A stretch of DNA of 64,000 nucleotides from Eledone cirrhosa (lineage: Eukaryota). Shown in pieces: positions 42,460-53,774 of the stretch. The translations under genes were made by a program, and so were the position numbers. The notes under the pieces are model-generated. The model saw only the letters and a list, made by a program, of their open reading frames with translations, was not told where the DNA came from and ran no database searches. The stretch is from contig OZ024742.1 of NCBI GenBank assembly GCA_964016885.1, positions 204,848,001-204,912,000 of the forward strand, given 5' to 3'. Numbering within the stretch: position 1 is the first letter of the stretch; every line of letters starts with the position of its first letter.

Positions 42460-42860
42460 CACAATGCAGAAACTAGACAACGACATACATAGGAAAGATA
42501 GCCCAAAGTATAGAAGAGAGATTAAAGGACCACTGATGAGAATTTAAGGAGGAGAAAAGCTCATCAGTGCTCTACCAATATACAAAACTAGAACATGGGG
42601 GCTCAATAGATAACATAGAAATAAAGATCCTATCCTCACGTAGAACTGATGCAACACTCAGACAAATTAGGAGGCCACTCACATAATAGAAGATTATATG
42701 CACATGTGCGTTCATACGGTTGCTCTTCCTGTTCCGTAAAACCATGACCAGTCCGAGCTGAAGATCTGCATAAGGTGAAACAATTGTTCTCGGTATGGTG
42801 AACTAACTGTTGTGTTACTTCTACCAAACTCGTCCCCTGGACTGACTGCTCTACCACTAC
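42460..42860 (+). mobile_element. Penelope-like element 3' relic: GIY-YIG endonuclease remnant followed by a hammerhead motif
   Basis: Frame from 42465 reads CRN*TTTYIGKIAQSIEERLKDH**...SSVLYQY...EHG; hammerhead-like motif at 42753-42793. Confidence 0.65.
42753..42793 (+). ncRNA. Minimal hammerhead ribozyme motif (stem II degenerate)
   Basis: CCGAG-CTGAAGA-tctgcataaggt-GAAA-CAATTG-TT-CTCGG: 5-bp stem I and palindromic stem III. Confidence 0.6.
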
Positions 42861-43618
42861 AGATATTACCTTCCAATGTTCTACCTCTATATGTATATAC
42901 TCTGATGTAATAAAAAGAATACCACTAATTTGACAAACAAAATATACCAGGTCAAAAAGATTTTTATAAATGGAAAATACTTTTAAAATTTCGACCATAT
43001 GTAAATGGGCTCAAAGTTTGTAGATTATGCATATGTGAGATGGTGGATACTTGATAATCTGTACTCTAATAATATTTTTTATTCCTAAAATGAAGTTTTT
43101 TCTTTAAAATATTCTCTATTTCTACTTTAGCATTTATCTTACATAATATCGAATCTATGAAATTATGATATTATTCATTTTGAGAACAATACCATAACAT
43201 CAGTATGAGTGGCTAGTTATGGCCGATTTGAACAAAAAGAGGTGAGAGAATTCTGGCTGTATATAGCCAGATTAAATGCTAAAGGGTTAAATTACCTCTC
43301 TTTTTCTTGTGTTGATCTCCATAGCAGCTCTAACTTACAGTTATCCATTCTAGGCTGGGATCTATAAGAACTTGTTTCTTTATTTTTCCTTTATTACTGC
43401 CCCCCCCCCCCCCCCTGTATTTTGGTTGCTTTCCTAACTCCCTCTTTTATTTAAGCTATTTCCAGTTCCTTTCCACTGGCATGGGTTGAAAAGTTGGTAC
43501 CCCAAACCAACAAAATGTACATTCCTGGCATAACTTCATTGTAGTACTGGCCTTAATAATTATATATCATCATCATCATCGTCATTTTAACACCCGCTTC
43601 CTCTGCTATATATATATA

Positions 43619-45195
43619 TGAGGTTTGTCCAAAAGTAAGGGTATTGATCTTTTATTTAAATGTATATTAGATGTACATAAAGATCTTTTATTTAAATGTA
43701 TATTAGATGTACATCAAATATGATCCTTGGGAAGTCACACAGTGGTTCCAACATTTTTTCCATTGATCATAGCAGTACCAGAAGTCATTTTCTGTGAGTG
43801 TCCTTAGCTTGTCGATTACAATTTTTTTGTATATTTTCCACAGTCCCAATATCAACTTAGGGAAGAGCTAGATCTGGGCTGTAGAGAGGATGTGGAAGAG
43901 TGGGAATGTTTTTCATCGCCAGAAATTCTCTAATTAAAAGTGATGTGTGAGCGTGCACATTATCATGGTGCAGTACCCAATCCCCTACAATGTCCTTTCA
44001 GGCATGCTGGACCCATTTTCAAAGTCATTCCAAGACATCTTTATAGAAGTTGTGATTAACTGCCTGTCCTGAAGGTAAAAATTCTTTGTGAAGAACACCA
44101 TGGCTATCATCATCATCATTGTCGTTTTTACGTCCGCTTTTCCATGCTTCAATGGGTTGGATGGGTTCCTTCTCAATACGGCATCTCTCGTCGTGATCCT
44201 TTGCCATCGCCTCTGTGAGTTTCAGTGATTTGAGGCCAGCTCACGCAACCTCTGCTCAGGTCTTTCTTGGTCTATTGTGACTTCTTTCCACAGGCATTTC
44301 CTAGCACTTCTTCACTCAACAATTATTGTCCATGCACATCGCATGTCCAAACCAATGCAGTCTTCTCTCCTGCACACTACCTTCCTCTTAAGCCCAGCTT
44401 CTCCTTCAACTCGTCCAAGTCAAAAAAATGATAATCATCTTTCTCACTCTGGATCTGCTCATGCATGCTTTCTTCAGATGGGGATAATTTTCATGTACCA
44501 CTCCTCACTTTACCATTTTGTCTCTGGATCATACTCGAACATCCATGATTTGTGTCCTCTTATTACTTTATCCAAGTAATTTGGGTCAATTTTGAGTCTT
44601 TCTAGCAAATCCTGACAAATTTCCAACCAGTTTGCTTTTTGCTCCTCAGACAAGTGTTTGGGTACTAGTTCTGCACAAACTTTTTGCATGTTCATATGGT
44701 CTGTTAAAATTCTGTAAACTACATTTTTATCCAATTCCATTTCTTCTGCAATCATTCTAACACTTAATCAGTAATCTTTCTCCATCACTGCTCACACCAC
44801 TTCCACATGTTGTTCATTTGTTGATTCGTCTTCAACATTTTCTTGACTCTCTTTGAAAGCTTTGTGCCACTTAAAAACATTACTTCTTGATAGAGTGGCA
44901 TCTTTATAAGCTTGTAATAAAGAATTAAATGTTTCAATGGCAGATTTGTTGAGTTTCACACAAAATTTCATTGTGTAGAGTTATTTCATATTTTCCTGCA
45001 TTGGAAACGTAACAGATTATAAATATGTCTGAACATAAACAGCAATAACATGTGACTGACTCAATCGATCATGTTGAAACAAGTATGTACATGCTGCCAA
45101 GGCTATAACCAACATGCCTGAATGCATCAACGAGGTGGTGTGTTACCATGTCGTACATAGGACAATCACTAGCCTTACTTTAGGGACAAAACTTG
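43619..45195 (-). mobile_element. Degenerate mariner transposon interrupted by an RTE-type 3' fragment (44107-44420)
   Basis: IAEEM...KVCAELVPKHLSEEQK...SWMFEYDPETK; imperfect TIRs gtttgtccaaaagtaagg / ccttactttagggacaaaac. Confidence 0.85.
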
Positions 45196-45671
45196 GGTGT
45201 GTGTGTATATATATATGTGTATATATATATATGTGTATATATATATATATATGTATAAATATATATATATATATATATAAATATGTATATATATATGTAT
45301 CAATATATATATATATAAATATGTATATATATATATATATATAAATATGTATATATATATAAATATGTATATATAAATATGTATATATAAATATGTATAT
45401 ATATGTATATATATATATATAAATATGTATATATATATATATATAAATATGTATATATATATATAAATATGTATATATATATATATATATATAAATATGT
45501 ATATATATATATAAATATGTATATATATATATATATATATAAATATGTATATATATATATAAATATGTATATATAAATATGTATATATATATATATAAAT
45601 ATGTATATATATATATGTATATATATATATAAATATGTATATATATGTATGTATATATATATATAAATATG

Positions 45672-45703
<32 letters not shown>

Positions 45704-45980
45704 AATATGTATATATATATATATGTATATATATATATAAATATGTATATATAAACAATTAAGTTAAAGATGTACATCCATATATGTATACTGAAATACT
45801 AGTATGTATATGAATACACACACGTATACATATGTAGATGTACCAAGTTTTTTTCACTGGTCACTTTACTGTGAGTGGCCAGCTATTCTGTATGTAAGCA
45901 CACAGACAAACCGGTTTTTAGAGTCATAGTGGTTTTTGAGGAAACACCTTTCCTCTATTCTCCAGAAAGCCAGACAAGGG

Positions 45981-46023
45981 ATATTGAACTAGTTTCGTTG
46001 TTGTTACAACTCATCAGCAATAT
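45981..46023 (-). ncRNA. Minimal type I hammerhead ribozyme, copy 1
   Basis: Minus strand ATATTG-CTGATGA-GTTG taacaa CAAC-GAAA-CTAG-TT-CAATAT. Confidence 0.88.
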
Positions 46024-46447
46024 TTACCTATCTTCCGGCCTCTCTAGAGAATCGTAAAAGCACATATCGTTATATGCTTTTTCTATGATAATTAGTAGTG
46101 GGCAGACTAATTTGCATAGAGTGTGAGTAAGTACCGGTTCAACGGAGACGATAAAAACAAATAACGAAACGAAATTAAATTTTGTTTCGTTTGTAACTCA
46201 CTTTTGTATGACTGACGCTTAAACAATTAAGTTAAAGATGTACATCCATATATGTATACTGAAATACTAGTATGTATATGAATACACACACGTATACATA
46301 TGTAGATGTACCAAGTTTTTTTCACTGGTCACTTTACTGTGAGTGGCCAGCTATTCTGTATGTAAGCACATAGACAAACCGGTTTTTAGAGTCATACTGG
46401 TTTTTGAGGAAACACCTTTCCTCTATTCTCCAGAAAGCCAGACAAAG

Positions 46448-46492
46448 AATATTGAACTAGTTTCGTTGTTGTTACAACTCATCAGCAATATT
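46448..46492 (-). ncRNA. Minimal type I hammerhead ribozyme, copy 2
   Basis: Identical core; stem I extends to 7 bp (AATATTG/CAATATT). Confidence 0.88.
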
Positions 46493-47041
46493 TACCTATC
46501 TTCCGGCCTCTCTAGAGAATCGTAAAAGCACATATCGTTATATGCTTTTTCTATGATAATTAGTAGTGGGCAGACTAATTTGCATAGAGTGTGAGTAAGT
46601 ACCGGTTCAACGGAGACGATAAAAACAAATAACGAAACGAAATTAAATTTTGTTTCGTTTGTAACTCACTTTTGTATGACTGACGCTTAAACAATTAAGT
46701 TAAAGATGTACATCCATATATGTATACTGAAATACTAGTATGTATATGAATACACACACGTATACATATGTAGATGTACCAAGTTTTTTTCACTGGTCAC
46801 TTTACTGTGAGTGGCCAGCTATTCTGTATGTAAGCACACAGACAAACCGGTTGGTTTGTAAAGTGACCAGTGAAAAAAACTTGGTACATCTACATATGTA
46901 TACGTGTGTGTATTCATATACATACTAGTATTTCAGTATACATATATGGATGTACATCTTTAACTTAATTGTTTAAGCGTCAGTCATACAAAAGTGAGTT
47001 ACAAACGAAACGAAATTTAATTTCGTTTCGTTATTTGTTTT

Positions 47042-47081
<40 letters not shown>

Positions 47082-47516
47082 TGTATATATATATATATAA
47101 ATATGTATATATATATATATAAATATGTATATATATATATAAATATGTATATATATATATGTATATGTATATATATATATAAATATGTATATATATATAT
47201 ATAAATATGTATATATATATATATAAATATGTATATATATATATATATAAATATGTATATATATATATATATATATATAAATATGTATATATATATATAT
47301 ATAAATATGTATATATATATATGTATATGTATATATATATATATGTATATGTATATATATATATAAATATGTATATATATATATATATATATAAATATGT
47401 ATATATATATATATATAAATATGTATATATATGTATATATATATATATATAAATATGTATATATATATATATATAAATATGTATATATATATAAATATAT
47501 ATATATATAAATATGT

Positions 47517-50500
47517 ATCATCATCATCATCATCATCATCAACGTTTAACGTCCGTGTTCCATGCTTGCATGGGTTTGGACGGGGGTAGTCCCACTTGAG
47601 GCAAGAGTGATTGTCTTGCTCTCATAGGACTGTCTGGCAGGTTTTCTACAGTTGGATGCCCTTCCTAACACCAACCACATTTACAGTGTGGGGCTGGGAG
47701 GTTTTTACCGTGTTGCCTACACGGCCACATTACAGCGTGGACTGTGTGTTTTTTTGTCGTGACACCTACACGATCTCATTTGTTTCGGCCTGGATGGCGC
47801 GGCACCAACATAACTTTACATAGAACTGGATGGGGTGGGGGTGGTGGTGGTAGGACGGGGTGTATTTTGTTAGAGATGCCTACTGGCTGGAGTAGGTTTT
47901 ACTATATATTTAGGTAAGGCGGGTCTTCTCTGTTACTGAGTACCGCCAAAGGTCTCGGTCCAGTGACATTGTCTTGGAGAGGTGTAAGTGTGTGATGTCG
48001 GAGTTTATCAGCTCGTCCCAGGTTTTTCTAGGTCTGCCTATTCCGTGACTACCGTCTATCTTTATTGCCCTGCACTTTGTTATACAGCTATCGACTTTCA
48101 TGCGCATCACGTGTCCATACCAACGTAGCCTTCTCTCGAGTAAACAACATCTGATCCCTCTTATCTCTAATTTTTTCCTTAGTTCGTTTATGCTTTGCCG
48201 TTCACGTATATTACTGTTACACATCCAGCGGAGCATGCAAGCTTCGTTCCTCTCTAGTCTGCGTATATCCTCTGCACACAATGCCCAGGTCTCACTGCCA
48301 TGCAACATTGCTGTTCGTATACAGGCATCGTACAACCTGCCTTTCATTTTTAGGGAGAACCCTTTAGCAGCTAATAGTGGTATAAGCTCTCTGAACTTTT
48401 TCCAACCAGTTCTGACTCTAGCTACAGTACTTTCAGAGCACCCTCCCCCACTGCTGATTTTATCGCCCAGGTAACGGAAGCTGTCCACTATTTCTATAGA
48501 ACCCTCTGCGCAATTGAAAGCGCTAGTATTTTGTGGGCACTTGCTGCTACTTATTGCACCAGAACACCGGCCACATGTAAAATCTATGTTCTTAGTTAGC
48601 TTACCTGTGATCCCACTACATCTTTTATGCACCCATACTTTGCATTTAGGACATAAAATGGAGTTTCTACCTACGCCTTTCCTACACACCGAGCACGACC
48701 ATTTCCCAGAAGGGACTGCCGCCTTGTTTTCTTTCCTACAAACTAGAACTTTGGTCTTAGCCAGGTTAATTTTAAGTCCTTTTGACTCTAGGCCGTGCTT
48801 CCATGTTTGGAATTTCTTCTCTAGCTCGGCCATTGATTCCGCTATGAGTGTCAGGTCGTCTGCATATAGGAGTTCCCATGGGCAGCCTGTCTTGAACTCC
48901 TCTGTTATAGCCTGAAGGGCAATAATAAATAGTAGGGGGCTGAGAACAGAGCCCTGATGGACGCCAACTTTTACGCTAAACTCTTCACTATATTCGTTGT
49001 TAATTCTAACCTTGCTGACTGTTTCTTTATACATGACTTGTATAGCCCTCACAAGCCATTCGTCAACGCCTAGTTTTCTAAGAGCCCACCAGATAATGGA
49101 GTGGGGGACTCTGTCGAAGGCTTTCTCCAAGTCGACAAAAGCTAAGTAGAGGGGTTTACCTTTAGCTAGGTACTTCTCCTGTAGTTGTCGTACTATGAAA
49201 AGAGCGTCTGTGGTACTTTTGCCTGACACAAACCCGAACTGCATTTCATCTAGGTCAATTCTCTCTCTGATTAGTTGCGCTATTACTTTTTCCGTGACCT
49301 TCATGACCTGGTCGATTAATTTAATGCCTCTATAGTTACTCCTATCTAGGGCGTCTCCTTTACCCTTATAACAGTTAACGATGATGCTGCTATGCCAGTC
49401 CTTCGGAACAACCCCATTCTGTACGACTTGGTTAACTATGCGGGTGACCATGGTGTGTCCCACCGTGCCAGATGCCTTCAGCATCTCAGCAACTATTTCC
49501 GAAGGCCCAGCCGCCTTACCCGTCTTCATATCCTTGATTGCCTTACTTATTATACTCCCCTCGACTAACACTGCTGGTCCCTCTATTGGATCGATATGGG
49601 GGAGACTGTCTTTCTCCCATTTATTCTCCTCATTTAGTAGCCTTTCATAGTGACACTTCAAAGCTACCTTCTTATCAGTGTCGGTGATGGCAAGTATGCC
49701 ATCATCGTTAAGTACACACTTCTCCCTGACAATATCACGGTTTTCCTTGACGCATTGCCTAGCAATCCTGAACACCTCACGTTTTTGGTCATCGCGTTGT
49801 AGAACATGCTTGAACTTTCTTTCCTCAGCTTCCCTTCTTGCTAAGTACACTTCTCTCCTAGCTTCCCTCCTGGCCACTTGATAGTCTACTCTACTTCCCC
49901 CATCCCGCCATACTTTCCAAGCCTGCTTTTTGGCCTTAATTGACCCCTCCACCTTACTGTTCCACCACCATGTTACTCTCCTCCTGCCTACAGGCTTGCT
50001 CCAGCCACAGACTTCGTCTGTCGCCAACAGCAGGTTTGCTTTCAGAAATTCCCACTGTCCCTCTATATTGTCCGACTCTAAATGTTCTTTCTTACTGTCG
50101 AAAGCATCAAGTAATATGCTTTGAAATTTATTTCTGGCTGTGGGGTCCTTTAGCTTCCATATTTTTCTCCTGAGGATAGTCCTCTTCTGCTGTCGAGTAC
50201 TTCTCGTCCTGACTATGAGGTCGCTAATTATCAGTCTATGTTGGGAGGTGCATTCATGGGGGAGGGATTTAGTGTTTACAACAGACACTCTGTCACGTCT
50301 TCTGGTAAGGATATAATCTACCTGGCTTGTGTGTTCCCCGGATCTATAGGTGATCAGGTGATTGTCACGTTTTTTGAAGTTAGTGTTACAGATAGTTAGG
50401 TTATTTGCATCACAGAATTCCAGGATTCTGGAGCCTTCCTCATTTCTAGTACCAAACCCATAGCCTCCATGGATTTCGTCGTAGCCGTCACAATGTTGTC

Positions 50501-51310
50501 CAACGTGACCATTTAGGACGCCTGCAATAATTATATAGTCACTGTCAGATATTTGGGAGGTAGTTAGCAACAGTGTCTCATAGAATCTGTCTTTTATAGT
50601 GCCGGGCAGTCCGGATTGGGGTGCGTACGCAGATATTACTGTCACCGTAGTTCTATTGAGGACAAGTCGTATTTTAATTATTCTGTCGTTCACTCTAGTT
50701 ACGTCTATTATCTTATCTGCCCACTTTTCTGCTACCATGATTCCTACTCCACCCAGCCCATCGTCGTTTCCCACCCAGAAAAGCTTATAACATCGTTTTT
50801 TACCCTCAATGAATCTAGCAGACCCACCCCTCCACCTGGTCTCTTGAATACAACAAACATCGACCTCCTTACGTTCAAGCATTTCTACAACCTCGTTAGC
50901 GCGACCCTTTAGGGTGCCTACATTTATGGTACCAACTCTGAAGTTTTGGATTGCGTTTGGAGGGTGGGGGCGGGGGGAGATGGGGTTATGTTAGCCATCC
51001 GCGGACGAAACAAAGAGGAGTGCTCGCATTCTCGTCCACGAGGTGAATTTGACTTTAACTTTGGCATTTTCGCTCTGAGCGTCCAGATTTTTCTCTCCCT
51101 TCCACTCTCCAGGATTCCGCAGTCCGTCCATCCATCCATCCATCCATCATATATCGAAGGCAACCGGGCAAGCGATAGTATAGGCCTCTGGCTTATGATT
51201 GGTCCGCGTAATAATAATAATGGTGATGCGTGGTGGGGGGGGGGGCTCTGGCTTATAATAATAATGGTGATGCGTGGGGGGGGGTCTGGCTTATGATTGG
51301 TCCACGTATT
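47517..51310 (-). mobile_element. Near-full-length RTE LINE (APE endonuclease, RT, PHD), with 5'UTR
   Basis: ORF 47910-50882 with in-frame upstream RVGTINVGTL, IQETRW, SAYAPQ, VDYIL, SQHR; (GAT)n tail; short 5' repeats containing CCAAT. 5' boundary approximate. Confidence 0.95.
47910..50882 (-). CDS. RTE ORF (EN-RT-PHD), 990 aa
   Basis: Uninterrupted ORF; the GDLN motif is mutated to GVLN. Confidence 0.9.
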   Translation of the reverse strand: MLERKEVDVCCIQETRWRGGSARFIEGKKRCYKLFWVGNDDGLGGVGIMVAEKWADKIIDVTRVNDRIIKIRLVLNRTTVTVISAYAPQSGLPGTIKDRFYETLLLTTSQISDSDYIIIAGVLNGHVGQHCDGYDEIHGGYGFGTRNEEGSRILEFCDANNLTICNTNFKKRDNHLITYRSGEHTSQVDYILTRRRDRVSVVNTKSLPHECTSQHRLIISDLIVRTRSTRQQKRTILRRKIWKLKDPTARNKFQSILLDAFDSKKEHLESDNIEGQWEFLKANLLLATDEVCGWSKPVGRRRVTWWWNSKVEGSIKAKKQAWKVWRDGGSRVDYQVARREARREVYLARREAEERKFKHVLQRDDQKREVFRIARQCVKENRDIVREKCVLNDDGILAITDTDKKVALKCHYERLLNEENKWEKDSLPHIDPIEGPAVLVEGSIISKAIKDMKTGKAAGPSEIVAEMLKASGTVGHTMVTRIVNQVVQNGVVPKDWHSSIIVNCYKGKGDALDRSNYRGIKLIDQVMKVTEKVIAQLIRERIDLDEMQFGFVSGKSTTDALFIVRQLQEKYLAKGKPLYLAFVDLEKAFDRVPHSIIWWALRKLGVDEWLVRAIQVMYKETVSKVRINNEYSEEFSVKVGVHQGSVLSPLLFIIALQAITEEFKTGCPWELLYADDLTLIAESMAELEKKFQTWKHGLESKGLKINLAKTKVLVCRKENKAAVPSGKWSCSVCRKGVGRNSILCPKCKVWVHKRCSGITGKLTKNIDFTCGRCSGAISSSKCPQNTSAFNCAEGSIEIVDSFRYLGDKISSGGGCSESTVARVRTGWKKFRELIPLLAAKGFSLKMKGRLYDACIRTAMLHGSETWALCAEDIRRLERNEACMLRWMCNSNIRERQSINELRKKLEIRGIRCCLLERRLRWYGHVMRMKVDSCITKCRAIKIDGSHGIGRPRKTWDELINSDITHLHLSKTMSLDRDLWRYSVTEKTRLT

Positions 51311-51356
51311 AAGAATGGTGGTGTGTGGGGGCGGGTGGGAGGGGTGTGGGGTAGCT

Positions 51357-52965
51357 AGCTGGAAGGTTATGAATGTTTAACAAGCGATTAACAAAAAGCA
51401 AAACTGCAAGATTTGTTCTGTTCAATACGACAAAAGCAACCGTATTTAAACCTAAATAAATAACAAAAAAATACAGATTTCGGATTTTGCGAGATTGGAT
51501 GTTTGGACTATGTACGAAATTGAAGCGTGGAGTAGATAGAAAAATGTGTACGTTACGATTACATGGGTACACCGTAGTAGGAATAATTGAAGCAGCAATG
51601 GATTGGCGAAAAAAGTGAATAAACATAAAGGGGAATTTATCTTATATACATATATATATATATATATGTGTAGCTAAGAGAGAGAGAGAGGGGAAGGGGA
51701 AGAGAGAGAGAGAGGGGGGAAGGGGGAGAGAGAGAGTGGCTGACCGCTGCCCCTCGTGAAGTAGATGGAGGGTGAAGGGTGTAGAAGCGGGATTTTTGAC
51801 TTTCGAAGTAGCATAATATATATATTTAAAGGAATTTATAAGAAGTAGAATGGGAAGGATTTTGTTTTTTGTTTGAGAATACGATAGAATTAAGGAATTG
51901 GAGGATACGATAGAATTAAGGAATTGAGGAGCTGGAAGGTTATGAATGTTTAACAAGCGATTAACAAAAAGCAAAACTGCAAGAGAGAGAGAAAAAAATT
52001 CCATACCAGCTTGACCAAGACCGCGCGAGAAAAGAATTACACACAGGTCAAACTTGAAGGAGGAGGAGGAAAGAGGAGGAGGAGAGGTAGTGACAGAGAA
52101 TGAGTGAGTGAAAGTTGAGGAGGAGGCTAACAGAGAGAGAGACTGCTAGAAAGGGTAAAAGGTACAAAGAACGAAACAGACGGATGGCAGCAGAAGAAGA
52201 ATTATGTGTAAATATAATAATAATGATGGCTGCGCGTTGCAAATGGTGGTGCATATGAAAAAGTAAGTCCTTCATCAGTGACCCTCCAACCGTCCCAGGC
52301 ATTTCATCGCTTTAAGGGCCATATGCCTCAGGTTGGTGCGAACAACGGCTAAAAAAAGTCGTTGGGACACGTAAATAAAGGGGACGTTAGGGTAACAAAC
52401 AAAATGGTTTAAGCAACGGAAAGTGAGAAGAAATAGACAAGTCCCAGATCTCTATGAATATAAACTCGGTGAAATCGTGAACAAGAGACAAAAGACCATC
52501 AAACCTGGTTGAAATGTGAGCAAGGAATGAATTTCGCACAGGTCTAACGGGGGGTGAAGAAGAAGAAGAAGGGGTCTGGTCTACGAATTCGGTAAACATA
52601 AGTTTTGTGAAGTCGCAGACGAAAGAGAGAGAAAGAAAAAAATTCCATACCAGCTTGACCAAGACCGCGCGAGAAAAGAATTACACACAGGTCAAACTTG
52701 AAGGAGGAGGAGGAGGAGAGGTAGTGACAGAGAATGAGTGAGTGAAAGTTGAGGAGGAGGCTAACAGAGAGAGAGACTGCTAGAAAGGGTAAAAGGTACA
52801 AAGAACGAGAAAGGGTAAAAGGTACAAAGAACGAAACAGACGGATGGCAGCAGAAGAAAAATTATGTGTAAATATAATAATAATGATGGCTGCGCGTTGC
52901 AAATGGTGGTGCATATGAAAAAGTAAGTCCTTCATCAGTGACCCTCCAACCGTCCCAGGCATTTC
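51357..52965. repeat. Unclassified element with nested direct repeats
   Basis: 51357-51410 matches 51930-51984; 51985-52305 matches 52626-52965. Confidence 0.7.
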
Positions 52966-52986
52966 AAAATATATATATATATAAAT

Positions 52987-53209
<223 letters not shown>

Positions 53210-53215
53210 AATATG

Positions 53216-53275
<60 letters not shown>

Positions 53276-53409
53276 AATATGTATATATATATATATATAT
53301 AAATATGTATATATATATATAAATATGTATATATATATAAATATATATATAAATATGTATATATATATATATATATAAATATGTATATATATATATATGT
53401 ATAAATATG

Positions 53410-53445
<36 letters not shown>

Positions 53446-53455
53446 TATAAATATG

Positions 53456-53489
<34 letters not shown>

Positions 53490-53501
53490 TATATAAATAT
53501 G

Positions 53502-53535
<34 letters not shown>

Positions 53536-53547
53536 TATATAAATATG

Positions 53548-53581
<34 letters not shown>

Positions 53582-53774
53582 TAAATATGTATATATATAT
53601 ATATATATATAAATATGTATATATATATATATATATAAATATGTATATATATATATATATATAAATATGTATATATATATATATAAATATGTATATATAT
53701 ATATAAATATGTATATATATATATAAATATGTATATATATATATAAATATGTATATATATATATAAATATATAT

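Larger units (their letters stand above)
45752..47044 (-). mobile_element. Hammerhead-containing 468-bp tandem repeat (2.35 units) plus inverted segment; retrozyme or non-autonomous Penelope-like element
   Basis: Units start at 45752, 46220 and 46688, ending 46852. 46858-47044 is the reverse complement of ~46619-46805. No recognisable ORF. Confidence 0.85.

Noticed and set aside
45875-46057. 60-aa ORF repeated in the 468-bp unit
   Set aside because: Short, GTG start, antisense to the ribozyme strand, and no recognisable motif.
51000-51040. Possible HDV-like ribozyme at the RTE 5' end
   Set aside because: A P1-like helix, TCCTC and CTAA are present, but P2 and P3 cannot be paired in register; it folds more simply as a hairpin.
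52250-52300. CTGATGA on the minus strand in the direct repeats (also ~52935)
   Set aside because: No downstream GAAA or stem III in either copy.
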